A stretch of 63,243 bases of DNA, the filler included, from Craspedostauros australis (lineage: Eukaryota), in assembly GCA_030167865.1 (NCBI GenBank). It is 9 parts of 9 records of this genome, joined end to end, with 100 filler letters (N's around TTAATTAATTAA, not from the genome) between each part and the next. Parts side by side here need not be neighbours in the genome. Positions count along the whole stretch, not along the records: positions 1 to 22,958 come from JALAGF010004090.1; positions 23,059 to 31,349 come from JALAGF010004098.1; 7 more parts are not named here. One strand, given 5' to 3'. The notes beneath the pieces were generated by a model. It was given only the letters and a program-made list of their open reading frames with translations. It searched no databases and had not been told where the DNA came from. Positions within the stretch are counted from its first letter, which is position 1, and every line of letters starts with the position of its first letter. Of this stretch, positions 13,589 to 25,004 are shown piece by piece. The position numbers and the translations under genes were made by a program.

Positions 13589-16500
13589 ATGGACGAGTAC
13601 GACAACATCGATCTGGACGGCGTTGCCACCCATCACGATCTGATGGATCAGGTCGCCGCCTCGGCCATCCCAGGAGCCTCCTCACAAGATCAGGACGATT
13701 CTCCCTTCATCTTCACCAGCTTCGATGAAGGTGACTTGACAGCAGCCCAGACGCCACAGCGGTCGAGGGCAGGACATCCAACGACCCTCAGTTCAGCGTC
13801 GCGGGCTTCCAGATGGAATCCAACCACGGCCTCCGCGGCATTCCGAAGATCTCCCATGGGCACCAGAGCGGCTCTTAACCCGTACTACGCATACCAGCCT
13901 CAGTACACCAACTCGTGGGAGAACATCGCCTCCGTGCAACCAAACCCGTCCTTCCTCATCGACGACGACGATCTTATCCCTCCACCACCTGGCGACCTCA
14001 TCAAGGGAACGCCAGATCCAAAGTCGAGACGAACTCCCTTCCTCACCACGCCGATTTCGGGAGCCAAGGTACGTCGTTCTGGCTGTTCTTCCGATCGTGG
14101 CTGGCTCTGCATCTCTGCCAGCATCTGTCTGACCATGCCCCGCTAACCTCATTCCTTCTTTCCAATCTTCCGCCCCTCTCCTGCGAATGCACCGCACAAA
14201 CACATGACCAACCCATGAACAACTCATGATCGTACGTACACATACTTCACCCATTCGATAGAACAAGCTCCTGCGATCCCCCTTCATTGGCCACCCCCTC
14301 GCATCTCCGCACATGGGAAGCTTCGGGATGGACACACCAAGCGGAGTGCTCAGAGAAGAGTTCTCGCCGATGGGTCCTTCGTTCACGCTCAACCCAGCAT
14401 CGGCATCGGCGTCGGCGTCTGGCAGATCTGCCGCCGAAGCCTTCATCTACACAACAGAGCCCAGAAGCCGGAACCAACAACTGACGGAGGACGATCGGGT
14501 TCCATCCTACTGGGGTGGTCCCAAGACGAAGCTCGACTTCTCCCAAACCAATGCCGAAGAGCCTCAGGAGCGTCCAAAGGAATCTGCACTGCCATCTCCG
14601 TTGGGAGGCTTTCGCTTCTCACCCGTCACCAGCCCGAGCAGGAAAGAGGCATCGGCACCCGCACCTGACACCATGCACCGATCTCCCATCCGCACGCACC
14701 ATTACGGTCCAGACCACATGCAGTATCAACAGCGCCCATGGCAGTCGCCAGCAGTCGCTGCGCCACGCAAGCTGTGGGGATCTCCGTACACCCCGCCGCC
14801 ACCACCGCCTTCGGCGACCATCAAGCTGGAATTTGGACGCGGGCTGACACTCAGCAGCAGAAAGACCTTGCAGGGAATCAACCGGATGATGAGAACGACG
14901 GCGTCATTGCCAGCTGGCGAACAGCCACCGCCAAACATGTCACTCCGCCTACCTCCTTCTGCCTCCTCCGCATCGTCGATGTCCTCCTCGCGCAGGGGCG
15001 CAGGAAGACATGCCAGCGTTGCCCCTCGGGGAAGCAGCGGTGACAGCGTGAGTGTCGGCGGTGCAAGACACGATCCCAGCCACGCAGCACTACCAGGGAT
15101 GGGGATGGTCCGACAGTCGAGCAGACCGCCATCTTCAGCGAGTGCCGCCGCCGCTGCAGCAGCAGCCACAACAGCGACTGAAATGTCTCGTGCCGAAACT
15201 CCCACAATGATGGGCGGTGCCTCGAACCGTCTGAAGGTGCCACCTCCATCCGATGCAAGCGTGTCGTCGCAGGCACAGTCGAAACCCAAAGCCAATCCTG
15301 TTTCAGCATCGCGATCAACCACGCGCATGGCGCCAAACAGTGCCTACCGTCATGCTGCTATGCCTCCACATTCCGCCGGACAACAAAGGCTCTCCCCCCT
15401 CCACCACCAGCACCAGCACCACCACCTTCAACACTCTCATCACAGTTCGTACCCACCACCACCGCACTTCTCGATTCGCAAGGGCGTGTACAGCCTTGCT
15501 CGGCCCCCCATGCAGACACCGCATGGGCAGGGACAACCCATGGCAACCCCAGCTCAGCGTCATCGCCTTCCATATGCTCCAGCCTCCGCGCAAAAGAAAA
15601 AGCCGTCTCCCGGCGTTGCAGGAAAGGAGAACAACCGCAAGCCACCAAGCAAGGCAGCTCTCAAGAAGGCGTCGGCATGTAACTGCAAGAAGTCCAAGTG
15701 CCTCAAGCTCTACTGCGAGTGCTTTGCCTCCGAGAGATTCTGCCGCGATTGCAACTGCGTGGACTGCGGCAACACACCCCACTCCATCACGCGCGAAAAG
15801 GCCATCCAAGAAACGAGGGCAAAGAACCCCAATGCCTTCAAGCCACGCTTCGGAAAGGCATCTGGTCGTAACCCAGGCTCTCTCCAGGACGGCCACAACA
15901 TGGGCTGCAGATGCAAGCGTTCCGAATGCTTGAAGAAGTACTGCGAGGTAAGAATGAAAACGGAAGATCACCAGAGCACCATTCGATGTGCTGTGCCATG
16001 CTGTCCTGTCCTGTCCAATGCAACAGCGTGCTGGGTGCCTTTCATTGTTGTCATATTCCATGGCCGCAAGTTGAACGATCTCGCAAGACATTTCAGCTCA
16101 CACACTGAACTGCACTTCATTCATTGCTCTCTAACAATCACTCTCATTCTGCATCATTCATCCGGGCCACAGTGCTTTCAAGCCGGCGTTCTGTGCGGGA
16201 AGAAGTGCAAGTGCGTGGACTGCCTCAACTACCAGGGATCTCAGGCATTGATCGACAAGCGCAGGAAGATCAAGGATCAGCGCGGTGCCGATTTCGCTAT
16301 GCGGATGGCCGACGAGGCCTGGAAGAGCCAGTCTGCAATGGCTCACGGCAAGCTTCCGGCGACTGTGCCATCGTCTGCGATGAGCCATTCGAAATATGGC
16401 ATGTCGGTTGCACCTCCCGCTTCTCAGGGTCGCCCGATGACGCATCCCATGATCCATCGCAGCCCAATGCAGCACCACCCATACATGCATGGCCCGCCGC

Positions 16501-17027
16501 CGCCGCACATGATGGTTCGACCGCCACACATGACAGGCCAGATGCCGTACTCTCCGATGGGAATGCATTCCATGGCAACACCAAATCGTGCTTATCCATC
16601 GCACCACATGTACCACGCTCCTTCAAGTGGTTCCAAACGACCAAGGTCGGCCAAGTCCGAGCACACGATGATGGCGCCAGTCCATGGGTTGGATCATCAT
16701 CGACAGCTGCAGCACGCAACGGCGAGTGTTGCCGCAAAGATCACTCCCCATTCCACCGCTACATCGGCGAAGAGGATGGCATTGCGACAACCGTCCGCTG
16801 TGCGCCTCCAGTTCGATCCTCAATCAGCACGAAAGAAGAGGAAGCTGACGGACGGAGGTGACGAGGTCGCATCCAGCTTCTTTGGCAGACACCTTCCGAA
16901 GCAAACCAAGACGACTGCCTTGGCCATCTTCTCCTACCTGTCCAACGCGGACGTCTACAATGCTAGCCTCGTCAGCAAGAAGTGGTCGAATCTGGCGATC
17001 GACGGTGAACTCTGGAAGTTCACATGA
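13589..17027 (+). CDS. Tesmin/TSO1-like CXC (CRC) domain protein with C-terminal F-box-like motif; exons 13589..14068, 14262..15947, 16173..17027; possible extra 5' exon 12096..12359
   Basis: CNCKKSKCLKLYCECF, the KNPNAFKPR hinge, and GCRCKRSECLKKYCE|CFQAGVLCGKKCKCVDCLN. Phase-0 GT..AG introns at 14069..14261 and 15948..16172. Terminal LAIFSYLSNADVYNASLVSKKWSNLAIDGELW is F-box-like. Confidence 0.88.
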
Positions 17028-17707
17028 ACTACTCGTCCCCGTCCTCGTACAGCAGATGGCACAAAGCACGGGCATGCTACGATACGCTCAACGAGCCGCC
17101 GCACGGGATAGTCGGCTTGTTCGGCGATCGCAACAGCAGCAATAAAAATATGCCAAACACACAGATCATAACACATGACACAACACCGCAAACAACTGAA
17201 CTATTATAGGGAATGGGAAGTTGTTGCTACAGATACTCGAATTATTGTATTATGCGTACGCACTTACAGGTAACAGATCGTACGCATGGCGTTGGTGGAG
17301 TTGTTTGTGATGCCGCTGGAGTCTTGGATGGAACCGTGATTCAATACGTCCGCCACAAGCCACGATCCAATCGGTGGTGTTGGATCTGGTACCGAGGGTC
17401 GGCATCAACCACTTCCCAAGATCGGCGGCAACCATCAACCAACCAACCAGTTGCCTGCTCAACTCTCCTTTGGTTGCCTTGGATACGCACAAGATCATTG
17501 GAGCGCGGGGGTATGCGAGCGCAGTAGAGTACAATAGTTTTCTCTGGATAAAGCACATCAACGATACCTTGCTCATACCAATACATAATACTAGTGCACG
17601 CGCTCCCGAAGCCGCAAGGTGCATTGCCGCTTGATTTGGAACTGCACACTCGTCACAAACGATCGCAAAGACGTACTGGAAGATCAGATTTGGCCAAACA
17701 TCCAAGA

Positions 17708-18940
17708 ATGAGAACAGTCATGATGCAACCAGCCGTGGCAGCAGCATGGATGATGATAATGACGATGGGGGTGACGCCATGGACATGGAGCGACACCTGG
17801 CGTGCGAAGTCCTTGCACGTCGCACAGCCCATGTCCTTATTTGGTCCTATCCATCATCCCAGCCAGCAACATGCAGCTGGGGCCATTGCTGGCGCGCGAC
17901 TCGCAAGACAGCGCCGGATGATCCTGCAGTCAGCCGCAGGTGCTTCTGAGGATGATCCAAAATCGGAGAACGCCGCCGCCGCCGTGCAACCACCCACGCA
18001 GGATGGAGCCTACAAATCCGTGCACGATCGGATATGGCAGCGCATCGAATCTGCGCCGCTCCTTCAGCTCAGTGCTGTGCAGGCATCCGGTGGTGATGGC
18101 GATGATTTGCTCCAGACCCGGCAATCGCCAGCGCGCGGATTTCCAGAGGGCACCGTCGTGCAACTGTCCGTGCAAGCCAAGACGTCGAGCGTGACACAAG
18201 ATGGCAGCGAGAGCGAGAGCCCCGTTCGTCCAATCCGATACATTCGGTCGGCGCTTTTGGAAACCATCATGACGGAAAGCAACGATGGCAGTGGCAGTGG
18301 CAGCGGAAACGATGTCGACAACAATAGTCTGCCAACGTCCACGCAAGGCATCCAAGTGCTCAACTTCGTCATCTTCCCATCCGCAGATACCGACCTGCCA
18401 GTCTGGGGCGCAGATTTGGTCAGCCTGCCAGGCAACAAGCATCTCTGGTTGCTCGACGCCCAACCCATGATTCCACCGCAAAGCGCAGAAGCAACGACCG
18501 AAGACGGCAGCACGGACGATGCTAGCAGCAGAACTCAAGCCTATGAAGGTGCCTACGCGGCATGGTACGAGCAGTTCGTGCAGGCAGATGGCCAGGAATC
18601 GCCATCGACGACCGACGCGTTTCCCTGGGGTGGCGACCTCCCCCCGCAAGTCCAGCCCTACGTCAGCCGTTATGCATTGTGGGCGCGACACACGGCCGAT
18701 ACTGCCGTCGATGTTCCCGACATTGTTGCGACCACACTGGAAGATGCCGTCATGGCTCATCTCGACCTCTACCTCCAGCAGGTCTCGGACTATGACGCAT
18801 CCTCAGCAACGACGAATCATCAGAAGGAGTACGTCCAGTACCGCAAGGCGAATGATCCTGCCAAACCTATGCTCAAGGCTCTGTACGGTGCCCCTTACAC
18901 GGATGACCTGCTCGAGGAGGTCCTGTTCCCATCCATTTGA
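17708..18940 (+). CDS. pebB: Ferredoxin-dependent bilin reductase, PebB-like
   Basis: QVLNFVIFP, DLPVWGADLVSLPG, PWGGDLP and YVQYRKANDPAKPMLKALYG...LF match the FDBR/PebB pattern, and both acidic catalytic positions (GAD, NDP) are present. N-terminal extension present; start uncertain. Confidence 0.8.
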   Translation: MRTVMMQPAVAAAWMMIMTMGVTPWTWSDTWRAKSLHVAQPMSLFGPIHHPSQQHAAGAIAGARLARQRRMILQSAAGASEDDPKSENAAAAVQPPTQDGAYKSVHDRIWQRIESAPLLQLSAVQASGGDGDDLLQTRQSPARGFPEGTVVQLSVQAKTSSVTQDGSESESPVRPIRYIRSALLETIMTESNDGSGSGSGNDVDNNSLPTSTQGIQVLNFVIFPSADTDLPVWGADLVSLPGNKHLWLLDAQPMIPPQSAEATTEDGSTDDASSRTQAYEGAYAAWYEQFVQADGQESPSTTDAFPWGGDLPPQVQPYVSRYALWARHTADTAVDVPDIVATTLEDAVMAHLDLYLQQVSDYDASSATTNHQKEYVQYRKANDPAKPMLKALYGAPYTDDLLEEVLFPSI

Positions 18941-20428
18941 GCGCCTTCTGCAACATGGTGTGGTGGCGGCATCTGAGTGTTCATGCTCTACGGGTACCAT
19001 AGTCCCTTGGTGTACTCGCAGGCACAGCGATGCTTGCTATGCGACAGTTCCATTCGCATGCAACACAAGCTAGTATGGTATGTAACACAGCAGGAGGATA
19101 GCCTTGCCACATCAAGTCAAGTCACATCAAATCTCATCGCATTGCATTGCATTGCACGTACAGCAACAGGGATGCAGGGGCATATCACGACAGACCACAA
19201 TGCCAATGTAACAGGGGCGTATGGTAAGATTGTGGTTCGTAACTTACCCAAAACCATTCGCGTGCCACAGAACATTTGATTTGGGATGTGCACAATGCGA
19301 AGACGTGAAGCAATCACAGAGAAGATAAGCCACGAGTAGTAGTAAGAGGGCGGGTACGAGTATTCTCAATTCGTCGAATTGACCGCGCCAGAAGTGAAAA
19401 CGAACCGCTTGAAAATCAGGCAACATGTGGAAGATCCCATCGTTTACGCGCTGTCGTGTAGACTCCATCCTCGTACATCTCACACGCGCACGAGTTCACA
19501 TGTATGCCCAGATCGTCGCGTGCAAGACGTCATGGCACCACATATTGTATCATATAATACATACTAGTACGAGCCATGCTATGGATACTATGGCAGTGCG
19601 GATCAGCAGAGTAGTCCCAGTTCACGACGCAGCATGAACTTCTATTGAGCCATACTTACCATAACAAGAATAAGATTTGTCGGAGAGCTCCGGCAGGCCT
19701 TGTACGAATTATGTACTATGCTAGAATAGTATGGTATACTGTGTTGTGACACAAGACGATGAGAGATGGCAGACTGTTTTCTTCCATACTGGCACATGTA
19801 TGTAATCGTTCGCAGAGTATTGCAGAGTGCGTACCGTGCTACAGTAATAATGAAAAAGTTAGGATGTTTAATTGATTTGACTTCGATGAGCTCGAGTCTG
19901 TACGAGAGTGCCAGCGGCATCGACGTATACGCAAAGCATAGCTGGGGAGAGTAATTGTTGCAACAACATCAAAAAAAACAGGGGTTGAGACTGGAACACG
20001 TATTCCGTCTCAGTTGCACTACTGGGATGTTGCTGGATGCAACATTTGACATGAATGGGTGGGGCTGGGCCGCGAGAGTTTGAAGAGGCAGTGAGAGAGG
20101 AACGGTCGGAATCGCTGTTCTTCATGCGCAACATCACCGTCACCGTCGCCGCTTCCGCTGCTGCTAGTGTCACCGTCGCGGTACTCGTTGCCGTCATGGA
20201 CAAGGCTGTTGAGGACGGGGATGCCGACGCGGGTGCCGGATGAGTCCTCACTTGTGGGACCATCATCACAGATGCCTACAAGGCATGGTAACGAGGTTGT
20301 GAATGGGTGGAGACGTGTCGATCGTGATGTCGCGAAGTGCCGCGAAGAGCCGTGAAGAGCCAACACAGCTTCATCTGAGCACTTCGGTTGGCGACCGCTC
20401 GCCTGCCTGCCCGTCCGCATGTCTGAGC

Positions 20429-21688
20429 TCACTTGGCCGAACGCGGTTCCCAAACGAACTGGACGCGATTGAGATCGTCGACGCGGTCGCGCGTCAGGGA
20501 AGACGCCAATCCTTCGTTGAGACGACGGTATTGACCTCGTTGGCTCTTGGCCCACAGGGCGAGGGCGGGGTTGGAGTCGAGGCGGATCGGAATGGAGCAG
20601 TGGCCATGTTCCTCCAAGAAACGATGGCAATCTGCGATTCGGAGCTTCCACAGATCGAGATGGGCATCCCAGACGAAGTCGAGGTCGTTGAGCGATCGTT
20701 CGCGCTCGTCGGTGAGGCTCGATTTGCCACCCGAGTGCTTCAGCTTGTACTGGCTGCGCTGTCGCTTGATCCACTGGGGCAGAGCCGGGTTTGGTGGGAA
20801 CAGCACCGGCACGCGGCAGTGGCCGTTGATACGGCGGAACTCTGTCAGCTGACGGTAGCGCAGGTGCCACTTCTTTTGCTGAGACGCCGTGAATGTGCTC
20901 TTGCCCCTGGCCGTCGGCCTCACGAGCCCACGGCTTGCGCCTCCCTTCGGCAGCACCCTGACCGTGTCGGGGGACACCATCCTCGCCGATTCGTTCCACA
21001 TGAACGGTCGAGCGGATGTCATGTTGCCTTGCTGGGACGGAGATCCTGACGGCAATCCATCAGTATGATCATCATCATCGAAGTCCGTCCGAGTTGATCT
21101 GAAAGCATCATGCCGACAGATCCACTGGAGGCTCGGATCACCTGGTCTATCCATCGCTGGATGTTGACGGTGCTGATGGTAGTGATTGTCCGGAGTCGAT
21201 GGGGCCTCATTGAGCATCGCACTGTGCTTCTGAGTGTTGATAGGAGACAGGCAAGCGAACCCAAGATGAACTTTGCCCTGACATTCGTAGTTGTCCTGGC
21301 GCGGAACCTCCCGATGCCTGCTGCGGCACGAATGCAGCGTCTGTCGCTGCGACCCTACCATGTCAACATCTGATCCCGTTCGAGCGCCTGAGCCCATCTG
21401 AGGAATGGGTTCATTGAAGATGTCGCTCGAGCTGTATGGTTCACAAGCATGATCGTTCGAGTACAAGCATTCATGATCGACCGTCACCTGAGCATCGCTC
21501 CCGCCATCGAACGCGGGATGGTGACACTGGAGGTAATCGACGTCAATCAGCGGCAGCGGGTCAAGCGCTGCGCCAGCAACGTAGGACTTACTTGGGCGAT
21601 CATCTTGATGGTGATCATGGTCGATCTGTTGCACCTGTCCGATCTGCGCGATGGCCCATTTCTGCCACGGTTGAGAAGTTGGCTGCAT
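20429..21688 (-). CDS. Third HA-domain protein (two HA repeats)
   Basis: WHLRYRQLTEFRRINGHCRVP...LPQWIKRQRSQY...ERERSLNDLDFVW and WKLRIADCHRFLEEHGHCSIP...LALWAKSQRGQY. The first in-frame ATG is at 21688. Confidence 0.88.
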   Translation of the reverse strand: MQPTSQPWQKWAIAQIGQVQQIDHDHHQDDRPSKSYVAGAALDPLPLIDVDYLQCHHPAFDGGSDAQVTVDHECLYSNDHACEPYSSSDIFNEPIPQMGSGARTGSDVDMVGSQRQTLHSCRSRHREVPRQDNYECQGKVHLGFACLSPINTQKHSAMLNEAPSTPDNHYHQHRQHPAMDRPGDPSLQWICRHDAFRSTRTDFDDDDHTDGLPSGSPSQQGNMTSARPFMWNESARMVSPDTVRVLPKGGASRGLVRPTARGKSTFTASQQKKWHLRYRQLTEFRRINGHCRVPVLFPPNPALPQWIKRQRSQYKLKHSGGKSSLTDERERSLNDLDFVWDAHLDLWKLRIADCHRFLEEHGHCSIPIRLDSNPALALWAKSQRGQYRRLNEGLASSLTRDRVDDLNRVQFVWEPRSAK

Positions 21689-22958
21689 TTCGCTGAGGAG
21701 CAAGATTGGAAGTGAGCACGAGTACACTTCGAAGAACTGTTTTGTGAGCAAAGCATCTGGTTCATCATCGAGCCTCGATCATCGACGAAAGATGGACCTC
21801 GGTGCTGCTGCAATGGAAGTGTGTGATTGTCTGTTGCTGTTGAGGACACAGTTGAGGACACAGTTGATGCCAACGACAACAGTTGCGCCACACATCATCC
21901 CTCTCGAAGGAGAAACGTGGTGACATCGGTTCTGCCGACCATGCTTTCACGGACAGCTGCCTCTGTCGCACTGCTGCTTGTGGGTGTTATCCGTGACATA
22001 GTGTATCGTATGTATCGCACGTATGCCATGCATGGTGCGCATAGTATTGTACTATATTTGACAAGCAGGAAGGATGAACAATACCGAGTTACGTCGTCAA
22101 TGTCGATGATGCCTCGTGTGCTTGCGTGCTCGTGTGCTCGTGTATCGTCGTTTTGTGAAAAACAAAGAGCAAGAAGAAGAGGAAGAGAGAAAGACAGAGA
22201 GAGATTGCGCGAGGTTGTCGAGGAGTGCAATCTCGCATCCACAGAGTATCGCCCAACCGAGAAGGTGTTCACGTGGTCGACGACGAAGAGTTTGCCTGTG
22301 GTTTCGGAAAGATCTTGCCGAGATCTCGTGGCGAACGCTGGATACTCCCCTTGTCGTTTTGTGCGCCAGCATTCCTGTGCCAGCGAGACGATTTGCGATT
22401 CTTGTCTTTTCGCTCCCATCGCCCAGCCAAACAACAACAGTGCCATTTTGAATGGCTTCTCCTTTGGAACCGTCGCTGCCGTACAAGCACAAGTTGTCCG
22501 TATGCGGAGTGCGACATCGTCACAAGGGACTGCGAGCGAGTGAAGGGAGAAACAGCCCTTGCGGATGCGCTGTTCGTGACGGAGATTGGCCAGCGAGGTT
22601 TTCTGTGCGGTTTTCCAGGAACCGTTGGATTCAACATTTGGAGAGTCGAAGCACAAGGAGAGCTCCGTTCGTGTCACACTTCGCGAACGCGAAGAATGGT
22701 GATGGACGGAAAGAAGCATGCCGGTTTCATAAATAATCTGAGGGGGGGAAGGGAAAACGGCGTTTTTTGCGAATTGCAACGAAGGAAAACGAAAGTCGAA
22801 AAGGGATGCGGGCCACCAAATGGCGAAACATTCTTGCGTATTTTCAAAAACAACTTGTGGCTTTTTTGCTCATTATAGTTAGGATTCGTGCGTAGGCGTC
22901 GCGAATCGGTGGAGAATGCCTCGTGAATCTGCCGGCTTCGGGATAGCCGTGTGATGCA

Positions 22959-23058
22959 NNNNNNNNNNNNNNNNNNNNNNNNNNNNNNNNNNNNNNNNNN
23001 NNTTAATTAATTAANNNNNNNNNNNNNNNNNNNNNNNNNNNNNNNNNNNNNNNNNNNN
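22959..23058. other. Scaffold gap linker; also at 31350, 36402, 41968, 50095, 54333, 59189 and 60572
   Basis: Uniform 100-nt N runs with a central TTAATTAATTAA (stops in all six frames); an assembly artefact. Confidence 0.97.
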
Positions 23059-23262
23059 GTGCCGAATTGCGCACAATGGTCACCGCGAATCATCAATCAT
23101 CACACTCCCATCACCTTCATCAAACAACACAGTAACGTCAACAAAGATCACAACACTCGTGGCGGTGGCGCCGAAAACGGTGGTATTGGTGGCATCAAAT
23201 ACTCTACAGCGGCATACAGACCTCTCGAAGTACAAAGAGCGTGAGAGACTGCGCCGTCCTTC

Positions 23263-24837
23263 ATGATCCGCTCCTTCAAACTACATCATCATCATGGCGA
23301 CAAGAGAAGACGGGCGAGGCCCATTGCCACGAGGCTGCTGGCGTTCATGAGAAGAAGGTCATGCATCATGCTGATGGTGATGGTGGCGATGGCCGCGATG
23401 GTACATTGGACAATGAATCATTCTCTGCAGTCCTTTGCGTTTCATACCATCGACGACCAGGCAGATTCGATGATGACACATCCGTCTCATCCCAAATGGT
23501 CGTCACCCAATACCAATACGAAGCCATCCATGCAATATTTGCACCATCACTTTGCACAGTTGCCCCAATGGATGCAGTCGTACTTACAATGGCACTACGA
23601 GATGCGTTCCAAGTTTCCAGACGAGGCCATCTACACCAACCCTGATGCACCACCCTTGCTGATTCGACACTGTCGCAATTTCTGCGGCGGTTTGCATGAC
23701 CGTCTGGGACAGCTGGAATGGGACATCTATCTCGCACATCGCACTGGGAGGGTGTGGATGGTGTGGTGGGAGGAACCATGCATCGAGCAGTACTTGCTTC
23801 CGGTGACAAGTGCCATGAGCGCTGCAGATGGATCTGCCCCGCCGTTGCTCAATTGGACGGTGCCGGCGTCATTGCGCATCACAGAGATGCTGCGCAAAGA
23901 TCCGTCGATGCTGCTGTTCCATCGGATCCTCAAGCAGGAGGCCAATGTGGAAATGCCCAACTGGTCAAGCAGGATTGACCAGGCAATCGAACGCGCCACA
24001 ACTACTTGGCGCAATCGCAAAGTGCTGAAATACAAACTGACAGCACACGAAATGAACCACGTCTTGGATGAACGGTTGGTGCGAGATGGCCAGTCGCCGC
24101 TGCCATTCGGCACGTACAGCCACCTGTTCCATCTGCTGTTTCGGCCGCATCCAAGAATACAGCACAAGGTGGAGGAGATCCAGCGGAAATGGAACATCCC
24201 TGCTGGCCAGTATGCTGCTGTGCATTGGCGAGTGCGGTATCCCATGGGGGTGGCCAAGGATGAACACCAAACTCTGTTGCAACCAGCAACGTCCACCACA
24301 CACGCTCAATACAGCAATACCAATTCCCAAGCGAAAAGAGATGGCTCACGAAATCGATCCATCTCCGCAGACTCCAATGGACTGGCATGGCACGGTGCCT
24401 CCAAGGATCATGCCATTCAGCAGGCGATGCATGCTTTGCGGTGTGTGCAGCAATCCATGGACTTTCGCGCCGTATCGCATCAACGGCGCCTGCCAGTATT
24501 CATTTACGCGGACTCGGCGGATCTCATTGCGGATCTCAGGGACACGAATAGCCTTGATCCATCCATGCAGCTGTTGACATCGAACGAAGCACAGACAGCA
24601 GTCCTGCATTTGGATCAACAACGCGGTGCATCCGCAGCATCGTACGATGCCACGTTTGTCGAGCTGTTCCTGGCGAGCCAAGCCAAGTGCATCGCGTACG
24701 GGTTGGGTCGATTTGGGTTGCTGGCCGCCAAAGTGTCCGGCACGCAGTGTCAGATGTGGTACCAGCGTGAAGTATGGAACGCGCGTCGGGGCAAGGGTGA
24801 AGAAGGGTTTGTGGCAAAGTGCTTTGCATCGGACTGA
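23263..24837 (+). CDS. Type II membrane putative fucosyltransferase-like (GT-B) glycosyltransferase
   Basis: N-terminal TM (IMLMVMVAMAAMVHW), then CGGLHDRL, YAAVHWR, VFIYADS and ELFLASQAKCIAYGLGRFG, resembling GDP-fucose-binding motifs I-III. Confidence 0.6.
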   Translation: MIRSFKLHHHHGDKRRRARPIATRLLAFMRRRSCIMLMVMVAMAAMVHWTMNHSLQSFAFHTIDDQADSMMTHPSHPKWSSPNTNTKPSMQYLHHHFAQLPQWMQSYLQWHYEMRSKFPDEAIYTNPDAPPLLIRHCRNFCGGLHDRLGQLEWDIYLAHRTGRVWMVWWEEPCIEQYLLPVTSAMSAADGSAPPLLNWTVPASLRITEMLRKDPSMLLFHRILKQEANVEMPNWSSRIDQAIERATTTWRNRKVLKYKLTAHEMNHVLDERLVRDGQSPLPFGTYSHLFHLLFRPHPRIQHKVEEIQRKWNIPAGQYAAVHWRVRYPMGVAKDEHQTLLQPATSTTHAQYSNTNSQAKRDGSRNRSISADSNGLAWHGASKDHAIQQAMHALRCVQQSMDFRAVSHQRRLPVFIYADSADLIADLRDTNSLDPSMQLLTSNEAQTAVLHLDQQRGASAASYDATFVELFLASQAKCIAYGLGRFGLLAAKVSGTQCQMWYQREVWNARRGKGEEGFVAKCFASD

Positions 24838-25004
24838 ACGAATGAATGATTGTGCAGCATGACATGGACTGGTATGAAAGGAATAAAGTGCAAGTAGACT
24901 ATGCCATCATTACACTCTACGCACATGCCAAAACGAGTAGCTTTCACTCACAATTGTATTTACAAGCTAGGTCTATATGTTAGTATCACACCATCCCGTC
25001 ATTC

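Noticed and set aside
19652..19665. ATACTTACC resembling the U1 snRNA 5' end
   Set aside because: It does not continue as CTGG, and no U1 stem-loops or Sm site are evident.
22959..23058. Recurring TTAATTAATTAA within N runs
   Set aside because: Synthetic gap linker, not a biological repeat or a piggyBac TTAA site.
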